Shown: positions 54,259 to 62,861 of the stretch, in pieces
Layout: each line of letters starts with the position of its first letter
How positions within the stretch are numbered: position 1 is the stretch's first letter
Origin: an uncultured Eubacteriales bacterium
GTDB lineage: Bacteria; Bacillota; Clostridia; Oscillospirales; Oscillospiraceae
Direction of reading: 5' to 3'
Length of the DNA stretch: 64,000 nucleotides
Assembly (NCBI GenBank): GCA_902475435.1
Contig: CABRZL010000001.1
Span: 19,817-83,816 of the forward strand
The notes under the pieces: model-generated
The model's input: the letters and a program-made list of their open reading frames with translations, nothing else
The model's database searches: none
Told to the model about the DNA's origin: nothing
Translations under genes and position numbers: made by a program

Positions 54259-55470
54259 GTGAATTATTTGTCTAAACAATCTGCTGTGATTTGTCTGCCC
54301 GATGACCGCGATGCCACCGGGCTGAAATTGCCTATGATGTTGCAAAATCTCACAGGAAGTCCTTTGCTCGCATGGATGGTGCGTCTCATGCGTGACAGCG
54401 GCTATGAACGTTTTCTGCTTTCCTGCGAAGATGAATTCCGGGAAGCGGCTGCAAGCTGTTTCCCGGATAACACTGTGACTGTCATCGGTCCAACTGTAAC
54501 GGGCGCTGCCCTGCGCCAGTTTCTGGAGGACCCGGCAGAACAGCTTCTGGTGGTAACTGCACCGGCTTTGCTGGGTGGCCGCGCCCTGAGCCCTGTGGAT
54601 CAGACGGCTCAGGGCACTGACAACAGCGACCTGCAGGAGGGCTGCGGCTGCTATCTGGTTTCTCCCGAGTCCCTTATTTCAGTTGCCGACGCAGCGAATT
54701 TTGATCTTGCCCGATTCGCTTCTGTACTGGGACATGAACTTACTGAAACTGACGGCGCCATGGCAATTTCTGACCCTGGTGCAATGGCTGACTTTCAACA
54801 GATTTTCAAACGCCTTCGAAACTATTATCTCTATGCTGATGGCGTAGAAATTTGGGACTTTGACAGCTGCTACGTATCGCCTTTTGCTGAGGTAGCTCCC
54901 GGCGCTGTGTTGATGCCCGGTACCATTTTAAAAGGGAACACAAAAATTGCATCCGGCGCTGTGATTGGTCCAAATTCTCTATTGGAGAATGTTACGGTGG
55001 GGGAAGGTTCCACCGTCAATGCCTCTCAAGTGTATGATTCCACCATCGGACAAAACACCAATGTAGGACCTTTCGCCTATATTCGTCCACACTGCACCGT
55101 TGGCAACAATATTAAAGTCGGCGATTTTGTCGAACTGAAAAACTCTACCATTGATGACGGTACAAAAATTTCCCATCTCACCTATGTGGGTGATACCGAT
55201 CTGGGAAAGCGGATCAATCTTGGCTGCGGTACCGTTACTGTGAACTACGATGGTATGAAAAAATACCGTTGTACGGTTGGCGATGACAGCTTCATTGGCT
55301 GCAACACCAACATGATTGCGCCCGTAACCATCGGAAAAGGCAGCTATGTGGCTGCCGGTTCCACCATCACCGACGATGTGCCTGAAGATTCTTTGGCCAT
55401 CGCCAGGGCCCGTCAAGTCAACAAGCCCGGCTGGGCCGCGGAACGCCGCGAAAAAGGACTTCTTAAGTAA
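54259..55470 (+). CDS. glmU: GlmU-like protein: intact C-terminal hexapeptide-repeat acetyltransferase domain, degenerate N-terminal nucleotidyltransferase-like domain
   Basis: It occupies the conserved glmU-prs-pth-mfd position. The LbH repeats and C-terminal ARARQVNKPGW tail are GlmU-like. The N terminus lacks LAAGKGTRM-type motifs. The start is either the GTG at 54259 or, fitting the GGAG better, the TTG at 54268. Confidence 0.8.
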   Translation: MNYLSKQSAVICLPDDRDATGLKLPMMLQNLTGSPLLAWMVRLMRDSGYERFLLSCEDEFREAAASCFPDNTVTVIGPTVTGAALRQFLEDPAEQLLVVTAPALLGGRALSPVDQTAQGTDNSDLQEGCGCYLVSPESLISVADAANFDLARFASVLGHELTETDGAMAISDPGAMADFQQIFKRLRNYYLYADGVEIWDFDSCYVSPFAEVAPGAVLMPGTILKGNTKIASGAVIGPNSLLENVTVGEGSTVNASQVYDSTIGQNTNVGPFAYIRPHCTVGNNIKVGDFVELKNSTIDDGTKISHLTYVGDTDLGKRINLGCGTVTVNYDGMKKYRCTVGDDSFIGCNTNMIAPVTIGKGSYVAAGSTITDDVPEDSLAIARARQVNKPGWAAERREKGLLK

Positions 55471-55518
55471 AGATTGGGGACTCTTCCCACGAAATAATAA
55501 AAAGAGAGGTATTAAAAG

Positions 55519-56478
55519 ATGTTTTCTCACAGTAAGGAAATCAAGATCTTTTCCGCAAACTCCAACCGTCCCTTGGCCGAAGCTATTTGCCGGAAGTTAG
55601 GTATTCCAATGGGCGATAGCGAGGTAAAGACCTTTGCGGACGGAGAAGTATCTGTGTCCATTAACGAAACCGTCCGCGGCTGTGATGTTTTTGTGATTCA
55701 GTCTACCTGTAAACCCGTCAATGACAGCCTTATGGAACTTTTGATTCTGATCGACGCCTTACGTCGAGCTTCCGCCGCCCGGATTACCGCAGTAATCCCT
55801 TACTTTGGTTACGCGCGTCAAGACCGCAAGGCAAAGGCTCGAGATCCGATTTCGGCCAAACTGGTGGCAAACCTGATTACCGTTGCCGGTGCCGATCGTG
55901 TCCTGACCATGGATTTGCATGCCTCTCAAATTCAGGGCTTTTTCGACATTCCTGTGGATAATCTTTTAGGCAACCCTGTATTTGTAAAGTACTATCTGGG
56001 CAAATTTACCGAGGCACAGCGGGAAAACATGGTCGTGGTTTCTCCGGACGTAGGTTCCGTAGCCCGTGCCAGAACCTTTGCGCAGAAAGTCGGCATGAGC
56101 CTGGCCATTGTGGACAAGCGTCGGCAAAAGGCCAATTCCTGCGAAGTAATGAATATTATCGGCGATGTCAAGGGGAAAGACTGTATTCTTTTTGATGATA
56201 TGATCGACACCGCCGGTTCTCTTTGCAATGCCTGCAAAGCACTGCGCGAAGTTGGCGGCGCAAACCGGCTTTATGGCTGTGCCAGCCATGGTGTTCTTTC
56301 CGGCCCCGCTCTGGAGCGAATCGAAAACAGCTATTTTGAAGAGGTTCGCATTCTTGACACCATTCCTATGCCAAAAGGCTACACCGGCGAGAAAATAAAA
56401 CAGCTGACTGTCGCCGACATGTTCGCCGAAGCCATTACCAGGATTGATGAAGAAACCTCCATTTCCTCTCTGTTCTAA
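55519..56478 (+). CDS. prs: Ribose-phosphate pyrophosphokinase
   Basis: 319-aa ORF. Contains the PRPP loop ILFDDMIDTAGS and YFGYARQDRK. Confidence 0.97.
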   Translation: MFSHSKEIKIFSANSNRPLAEAICRKLGIPMGDSEVKTFADGEVSVSINETVRGCDVFVIQSTCKPVNDSLMELLILIDALRRASAARITAVIPYFGYARQDRKAKARDPISAKLVANLITVAGADRVLTMDLHASQIQGFFDIPVDNLLGNPVFVKYYLGKFTEAQRENMVVVSPDVGSVARARTFAQKVGMSLAIVDKRRQKANSCEVMNIIGDVKGKDCILFDDMIDTAGSLCNACKALREVGGANRLYGCASHGVLSGPALERIENSYFEEVRILDTIPMPKGYTGEKIKQLTVADMFAEAITRIDEETSISSLF

Positions 56479-57071
56479 TGCTTTTTTCCAAAAAATCCGG
56501 CATAGAATTTTTAATCGTCGGTCTGGGTAATCCGGGAAGTAAATATTGGAACACACGGCACAACGTAGGTTTTGCGGCACTTGACGCCTTAGCCGAAGAT
56601 CTCCATACCAAGGTAGACCGGGTAAAGTTTCAGGGGTTAACAGGGCAAGCTGATCTCAATGGAAAAAAAGCGCTTCTTTTGAAACCTACCACATATATGA
56701 ATCTCAGTGGTCAGTCTGTTGCCGCTGCCGCAAAGTTCTATAAGATCCCACCAGAGCATATTCTGGTAATGTTTGACGATATTTCGCTGGAACTCGGGCG
56801 GTTGAGAATTCGGAAAAACGGTTCTGCCGGCGGACACAATGGCGTCAAGAGCATTATCTCTTCCATTGGCTCCCAAGACTTTCCTCGCATTAAAATCGGT
56901 GTTGGAGCCAAACCGCATCCTGATTATGATTTGGCGGACTGGGTTCTTTCCGTGTTTCCCTATGACCAGCGGGAAGCCATGGCTGAAACCTATCGGAGAG
57001 CGGCTCAGGCTGCAATTGTGTTGATCACCCAGGGTCCGGATGCCGCTGCTAACTGCTTTAATGGCAAATAA
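56478..57071 (+). CDS. pth: Peptidyl-tRNA hydrolase
   Basis: 197-aa ORF. Contains LIVGLGNPGSKYWNTRHNVGF and GSAGGHNGVKS. Confidence 0.96.
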   Translation: MLFSKKSGIEFLIVGLGNPGSKYWNTRHNVGFAALDALAEDLHTKVDRVKFQGLTGQADLNGKKALLLKPTTYMNLSGQSVAAAAKFYKIPPEHILVMFDDISLELGRLRIRKNGSAGGHNGVKSIISSIGSQDFPRIKIGVGAKPHPDYDLADWVLSVFPYDQREAMAETYRRAAQAAIVLITQGPDAAANCFNGK

Positions 57072-57165
57072 ATTCTCTTCATCGAAATATTCGACAATAT
57101 TAGGCTGCATCCAAATGGATGCAGCCCTTAGCTGTTTCTCAAATTTTTGTAAAGGAGTCTTTTCC

Positions 57166-60100
57166 GTGAATCTGCTAAGCACCGCACTCCGTGGTCTGCC
57201 GGAGTACCGCTCTCTGCTCCAGGGAATGGATGCTCCTTCCGCTTCAGCCATTACAGGCCTTTCTTCGATTCATCGAGCGCATATGGCCGCTGCACTTCGG
57301 CAGGATACGGGGCGTCCGATCCTGATTGTCTGTCAGGACGATTTAGCTGCATCTCGTATGACGCAGGAGCTTTCTGGTTTTTTTGGGGAAACTCCTCCGC
57401 TTTTTCCCACTCGAGAACTGGCGCTGATTGGCGCCGCCTCCGTCTCGCGCGGTTGGGAGCAGAAACGACTGGGAATGCTCCATCGTTTAATCCACCAGGG
57501 CTTCCCGATAATGGTCACCTCTATTGAAGCCATGAGCCTTCAAACCATGCCGCGTAGTTCCCTGCTCTCCGCTTCTTTCCCCCTGGCGGTCGGTGGCAGT
57601 TATCATATGGATGAGCTGTTAAACCGCCTTACGCTGCTGGGGTATCGCCGCAGCACGCTAGTGGAGGGCGTGGGACAATTCGCCCTGCGCGGTGGTATCC
57701 TCGATGTCTACTCGCCCGCAGCAAAGGCTCCGGTACGAGCGGAGTTTTTCGGAGACGAGCTGGATTCCATGGGCTTTTTTGATACCACTTCACAGCGCCG
57801 TACGGAAAATACAGAAGAAATTCTGCTGCTTCCCACAGCTGAAGTACTGCCACAGCTTCACAGCGGCGGTATAAATGGGTTGGTAAAAGACCTGGAAGCC
57901 ATACTATCCCGCCAAAAACGCCGGAAACATCCCAACGAAGCTCTGATCAAAACTTTACAACAGGATATCGATGCGTTATCCTCTGGTACTGTTTTTTCTG
58001 CTGCGGACCGATATGCAGCCCTGATTTACCCGCAACGAGAAACTTTAACTGATTATCTGTTCCCTGAAACTATTGTAATTTTTTCTGATCGTATTGCCAT
58101 TGAGCGTCATCAGAAACAACAACAGGAAGAATTGGGCCAGAGTTTGGATTCTCTTCTTGAAAACGGTATGCTTGTTGGAGAATTATGTGAATTCTATGAA
58201 AATTTTGAGGAAACCTGCAACAAACTCTCAAAAAATAACGTCATATATATGGATAACTTTTTATCCGCTGCTTATCCGGAATCTCTGCCTCCCCAGCAAC
58301 TTTTGAGTGTTACCGTCAAACAGCTTCCCTCTTATGGCGGTTCATTGGATACCGCTGTTGGGGACATGCAGCATTATGCAAACAGCGGTTTTGGCACGTT
58401 AGTGCTCTGTGGTTCCCGTCACCGAGGCGAGCTCTTGCTGGAAGCAATGGAAAGTCGCGGTGTCAAAGGATCCTTGGCCTTTCCTCTGAATACCCTGCCT
58501 CAGCCCGGCCAAATTCTCCTGGCCGAAGGCTCTCTGGCTGCGGGGATGGAATACCCTTCTTTGAAGCTGGCCATTCTCACAGAGGGACAAATCACCGCAC
58601 AACCGACGAAAAAGCCTCGCCGCAGGCGAAAAAAGGACGCCACGAACCGCCAAAAGCTATCCTCTTTTACCGATTTGTCCCCGGGAGATCTGGTGGTTCA
58701 CGAAGCCCACGGAATTGGCAGATTCTGCGGCGTCGAACAAATGAAATTGGATGGTGTTGTGAAGGACTACATTAAAATTGCTTATCAGGGAACGGACGTA
58801 CTTTATGTTCCCGCCACACAACTTGACATGGTGTCAAAATATATTGGCGCAGGCGAAGAGAGTCCTGTCCGGTTGAACCGCCTGAGCGGTGACAGTTGGG
58901 AGAAAACCAAGAAAAAAGCAAAAGCTGCTGCAAAAGACTTGGCAGCAGGGCTGATTCAACTCTATGCGCAACGCAAACGTTTGCCCGGCTATGCCTTTTC
59001 ACCAGATTCTCCATGGCAGCAGGAATTTGAGGACAGTTTTCCCTATGCTGAAACCGACGATCAGCTTCGCTGTATTGATGAAATCAAAGCAGATATGGAA
59101 TCTCCTACTCCTATGGATCGGCTGCTTTGCGGCGATGTGGGTTTCGGGAAAACAGAGGTGGCGCTCCGTGCCGCGATGAAGTGCATTCTGGATGGAAAGC
59201 AGTGCGCCATACTTGTACCTACTACCGTTTTGGCCCAGCAGCATTATGTCACGGCCATGGGCCGATTTGCAGGCTTCCCAGTGAATATAGACGTCCTCTC
59301 CCGTTTTCGCTCTACATCCCAACAGCGAAAGACGCTCCATGCCATGGAAAGCGGTACGGTGGATCTTGTTGTCGGCACCCACAAGCTGCTACAGAAAAAT
59401 GTCAAGTTTAAAAATCTCGGTCTTTTGATCGTAGACGAAGAGCAGCGCTTTGGCGTATCCCATAAAGAGCGCCTCAAGGAACTCTCTCAGGGAGTAGATG
59501 TTCTGACGCTCTCGGCAACGCCAATTCCTCGGACGCTCAATATGGCATTAAGCGGGCTGCGGGATATGTCCACCATTGAAGAGCCCCCTGGAGATCGTTA
59601 CCCTGTGCAAACCTATGTAATCGAACATGATTATGACGTCCTCGCCGATGCAATCCGTCGGGAAATCGGCCGTGGCGGTCAAGTGTATTACCTCCACAAC
59701 CGAGTAGATTCCATTCATCAAACGGCCGCCCGCCTTCAGCAGCGGCTGCCCGATGTATCCATTGGTATTGGCCACGGAAAAATGAATGAAGAGGCCCTCA
59801 GCGACGTCATGCAGCAGATGGCCGACGGAGATCTCCAGGTTCTGGTTTGCACCACAATCATTGAAACCGGAATAGACATTCCCAATGTCAATACATTGAT
59901 TATTGAGGACGCCGACCGATTGGGGCTCAGTCAGCTACACCAGCTCCGGGGACGTGTCGGACGCAGCAACCGCCACGCCTATGCTTATCTGACCTTCCGG
60001 CGTGGAAAGGTTCTCTCTGAGGTCGCAGAAAAACGTATGAGCGCCATCCGGGAATTCGCTGAATTTGGATCCGGATTCAAAATTGCTATGCGTGATCTTG

Positions 60101-60687
60101 AGATTCGGGGAGCCGGCAATCTGCTTGGCGCTGAGCAGTCCGGCCACATGATTTCTGTGGGTTATGATATGTACCTGAAACTCTTAGAAGAGGCGGTGCT
60201 GGAACAAAAGGGTGAAACACCCCCAGAAGAAAAAAGCTGTTCTGCCGATCTCAATGTATCGGCAAATATCCCCGAGACTTTTGTTCCTTCCGGCGAAGGC
60301 CGCATGGAACTATACCGGCGTATCGCCGCCATCCGATCTGAAACCGACGCTGACGACGTAATGGACGAGATAATTGACCGCTACGGCGAACCGCCCAAGT
60401 CTGTTATTGCATTGATCTCTATCGCACTGCTCCGTTCCCAAGCTGCGGAGGTCGGTGTTCAGGAAATTACGCAGAAAGGAAATACTGTTCTCTTTACCCT
60501 CAGGAGTATCGATTTCCAAGCTGTCAGCGGCATCTGTGCTGATCCTCAGCTCAAAAAACGGGTCTTGTTTTCCGCCGGTGACACACCAAAACTCACCCTG
60601 AAATTGGAAAAAAATGAAAATCCTTTGAAAGCATGTGAAACCTTCATCAAGAAATTTACAGAATTTTCTATCAAAGAAACGCATTAG
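57166..60687 (+). CDS. mfd: Transcription-repair coupling factor Mfd
   Basis: GTG start 8 nt after AAAGGAG (the ORF track begins at 57040 inside pth). Contains helicase motifs GDVGFGKTEVA, DEEQRFGV, TATPIPRT and a TRG region. Confidence 0.95.
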   Translation: MNLLSTALRGLPEYRSLLQGMDAPSASAITGLSSIHRAHMAAALRQDTGRPILIVCQDDLAASRMTQELSGFFGETPPLFPTRELALIGAASVSRGWEQKRLGMLHRLIHQGFPIMVTSIEAMSLQTMPRSSLLSASFPLAVGGSYHMDELLNRLTLLGYRRSTLVEGVGQFALRGGILDVYSPAAKAPVRAEFFGDELDSMGFFDTTSQRRTENTEEILLLPTAEVLPQLHSGGINGLVKDLEAILSRQKRRKHPNEALIKTLQQDIDALSSGTVFSAADRYAALIYPQRETLTDYLFPETIVIFSDRIAIERHQKQQQEELGQSLDSLLENGMLVGELCEFYENFEETCNKLSKNNVIYMDNFLSAAYPESLPPQQLLSVTVKQLPSYGGSLDTAVGDMQHYANSGFGTLVLCGSRHRGELLLEAMESRGVKGSLAFPLNTLPQPGQILLAEGSLAAGMEYPSLKLAILTEGQITAQPTKKPRRRRKKDATNRQKLSSFTDLSPGDLVVHEAHGIGRFCGVEQMKLDGVVKDYIKIAYQGTDVLYVPATQLDMVSKYIGAGEESPVRLNRLSGDSWEKTKKKAKAAAKDLAAGLIQLYAQRKRLPGYAFSPDSPWQQEFEDSFPYAETDDQLRCIDEIKADMESPTPMDRLLCGDVGFGKTEVALRAAMKCILDGKQCAILVPTTVLAQQHYVTAMGRFAGFPVNIDVLSRFRSTSQQRKTLHAMESGTVDLVVGTHKLLQKNVKFKNLGLLIVDEEQRFGVSHKERLKELSQGVDVLTLSATPIPRTLNMALSGLRDMSTIEEPPGDRYPVQTYVIEHDYDVLADAIRREIGRGGQVYYLHNRVDSIHQTAARLQQRLPDVSIGIGHGKMNEEALSDVMQQMADGDLQVLVCTTIIETGIDIPNVNTLIIEDADRLGLSQLHQLRGRVGRSNRHAYAYLTFRRGKVLSEVAEKRMSAIREFAEFGSGFKIAMRDLEIRGAGNLLGAEQSGHMISVGYDMYLKLLEEAVLEQKGETPPEEKSCSADLNVSANIPETFVPSGEGRMELYRRIAAIRSETDADDVMDEIIDRYGEPPKSVIALISIALLRSQAAEVGVQEITQKGNTVLFTLRSIDFQAVSGICADPQLKKRVLFSAGDTPKLTLKLEKNENPLKACETFIKKFTEFSIKETH

Positions 60688-60740
60688 TCTCTTTATTTCG
60701 GCAAAAATATCGCTAAATTATTAAAAAATAGTGAAATCAA

Positions 60741-60769
60741 TTGAAAAACACCGCAAGCCACGGTATAAT
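60741..60769 (+). promoter_or_regulatory. Promoter of VanW-family gene
   Basis: TTGAAA-17 nt-TATAAT. Confidence 0.6.
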
Positions 60770-60820
60770 AGGCTCAAAAAAACACGGCAGGTCTCTACTG
60801 CCTCGAGTTAGGTGGAGATT

Positions 60821-62821
60821 ATGATAAATCAAGAAACAAACGATAAATCCCCCAATCGGCAAACAAGTACATCCGGTAAAAAACCTGTGCAGCGCCCCTC
60901 TTCTGGCCAACGGCCGGCAAATGGTCAACGTCCGGCTAACGGGCAGCGTACCAACGGCCAACGCTCGGCAAATGGTCAACGGCCAGCCAACAGACAGCAC
61001 TCCAGCGGACAGCGTCGTCCGCCGCAGAACAGCAGCAGGAAAAAGAAAAAGCGCGTCAGTCCGCTCCTCGTCACGCTGATTGTTGCACTCGTCTTGGTTA
61101 TTGCAGTGTTTGCAGGCGTAGGCATTTACGCCATGCGTTACAGTGGCTACGATAAGATTCTTCCCAATGTCTATGTGGCAGGCATTGACATCGGCGGCAT
61201 GACAAAAGAAGAAGCAACCGAAGCCATCGAAACTGCGCTTTCAGAAACGACACAGCAGAGTGTAAATGTGAATCTGCCAGATAGAGTGCTCACTTTCACA
61301 CCCCAGCAGGATACAATCCTGATCAATGTGGATCAAGCGGTGGAGGAAGCCTATGCATATGGGCGCACCAGCACAAGCCCCTTTGCTATTGCCCGCGCAA
61401 TTAAAGCGGCACAGCGCACCAGAAATGACATTGATATCACTTCTGCGGTTCAAGTGGATACCGAATATATCCACAACCTGATTGATGAGACCGCCGCCGA
61501 AGTAAACACAGCTTTAGTGGAGTCTGATGTCCGGACAGATATGGAAAACCATACAATTACTGTCACCATTGGTACACCCGGCCGTTCGATTGACACTGAG
61601 GAACTGTATAACCTGGTAACAAACGCTTTTACAAACGGCGATTATAGTGACATTGATTTTGATTACGACATGACCTATCCTGCCACCGTTCAGCTGGATA
61701 CGCTCTATGAACAAATGACCACAGAGCCAAAGAATGCAGAATATAACCCGGATACCGACAGTGTCGAAGCTGAAACTGTGGGCTATACTCCGGCTGTGGC
61801 ATTGGACGAAGCAAACGAACAGCTGGCTATGGCATCTGCCGGGGATGTCCTCACCTTTACATTTGATGCCACGCAGCCCGAAATCACAGCAGAACAATTA
61901 AGCTCTATGCTTTTCCGAGATACGCTGGCGAAATATGGGTCCTATTACAGCAGTAACTGGGGTCGCACTAAAAACCTGGAACTGGCTTGTGAAGCAATTG
62001 ATGGTACCGTTATTCAGCCCGGCGACGTGTTCTCCTTTAACGATGTTGTCGGAGAACGCACCGCAGAAAAGGGTTATCAGGAAGCCATTGTCTATGTATC
62101 CGGCAACTCAGAAAACCAGCTGGGCGGCGGTGTATGCCAGGTTTCTTCCACCATATATTATTGCGCCATGTATGCAGATCTGGAAATTGTGGAACGAACC
62201 GAACATCAGTACATTGTAGACTATGTTCCCGGCGGTCTGGACGCTACGGTATACTGGGGCAGTCTGGATTTCCAATTCCGCAACAGCACAAATTATCCGC
62301 TGAAGGTTAACGCATATCTCTCAGGTGGAAGATGCTGGATTGAACTCATTGGTACCGATGAAACCGGATATGAAATAGAAATTGAAAGCGAATGCGTTTC
62401 TACAGAACCCTTCAGTGTGATCGAAACAAATGATCCTAATGAAGTTCAAAGCGGATACACGGGATATGTCTATAAAATTACCCGTTATGTTTACGACTCC
62501 GATGGAAATTTGATTCGCACCGATTCCACGGAAGACCTGGATGCAATGGGCGGTCTTGGCACCAGCACCTATTCTAAGCGCGATAAAATAGTCTACTCAG
62601 GCAGCAGTGGTGGCAGCTCGGATCCTGATCCTACTCCAAGTACGGATCCCACGCCAAGTACGGATCCTACACCGAGCACGGATCCCACGCCAAGTACAGA
62701 TCCTACACCGAGCACAGATCCCACGCCAAGTACGGATCCTACGCCAACCACAGAGCCTACGCCAACCACGGATCCAAACCCTCCAACGGAACCGGCAACG
62801 CCTGAAACGCCAACAGAATAG
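60821..62821 (+). CDS. VanW family membrane-anchored protein with repeat-containing N- and C-terminal tails
   Basis: ATG 60821 follows GGTGGAG. Has a cytoplasmic (GQRPAN)n tail, a KKKKR + TM anchor, the VanW core (GGGVCQVSSTIYYCAMYADLEIVERTEHQ), and a C-terminal (DPTPST)n tail. Confidence 0.85.
   Translation: MINQETNDKSPNRQTSTSGKKPVQRPSSGQRPANGQRPANGQRTNGQRSANGQRPANRQHSSGQRRPPQNSSRKKKKRVSPLLVTLIVALVLVIAVFAGVGIYAMRYSGYDKILPNVYVAGIDIGGMTKEEATEAIETALSETTQQSVNVNLPDRVLTFTPQQDTILINVDQAVEEAYAYGRTSTSPFAIARAIKAAQRTRNDIDITSAVQVDTEYIHNLIDETAAEVNTALVESDVRTDMENHTITVTIGTPGRSIDTEELYNLVTNAFTNGDYSDIDFDYDMTYPATVQLDTLYEQMTTEPKNAEYNPDTDSVEAETVGYTPAVALDEANEQLAMASAGDVLTFTFDATQPEITAEQLSSMLFRDTLAKYGSYYSSNWGRTKNLELACEAIDGTVIQPGDVFSFNDVVGERTAEKGYQEAIVYVSGNSENQLGGGVCQVSSTIYYCAMYADLEIVERTEHQYIVDYVPGGLDATVYWGSLDFQFRNSTNYPLKVNAYLSGGRCWIELIGTDETGYEIEIESECVSTEPFSVIETNDPNEVQSGYTGYVYKITRYVYDSDGNLIRTDSTEDLDAMGGLGTSTYSKRDKIVYSGSSGGSSDPDPTPSTDPTPSTDPTPSTDPTPSTDPTPSTDPTPSTDPTPTTEPTPTTDPNPPTEPATPETPTE
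60904..60990 (+). repeat. Imperfect 18-nt (one 15-nt) coding tandem repeat, (GQRPAN)-like x5
   Basis: The units are ggccaacggccggcaaat / ggtcaacgtccggctaac / gggcagcgtaccaac / ggccaacgctcggcaaat / ggtcaacggccagccaac. Confidence 0.8.
62627..62788 (+). repeat. 18-nt coding tandem repeat x9, (DPTPST)-like
   Basis: gatcc(t/c)ac(n)cc(a/g)ag(t/c)ac(g/a) units are read head-to-tail from 62627. The last three units degenerate to PTT/PPT. Confidence 0.9.
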
Positions 62822-62824
62822 CTT

Positions 62825-62861
62825 AGGACGCACTGTGACATCACAGTGCGTCCTCTTTTTA
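62825..62861. terminator. Bidirectional terminator between VanW gene and CDF gene
   Basis: AGGACGCACTGTGA-ca-TCACAGTGCGTCCT followed by CTTTTT. Confidence 0.8.
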
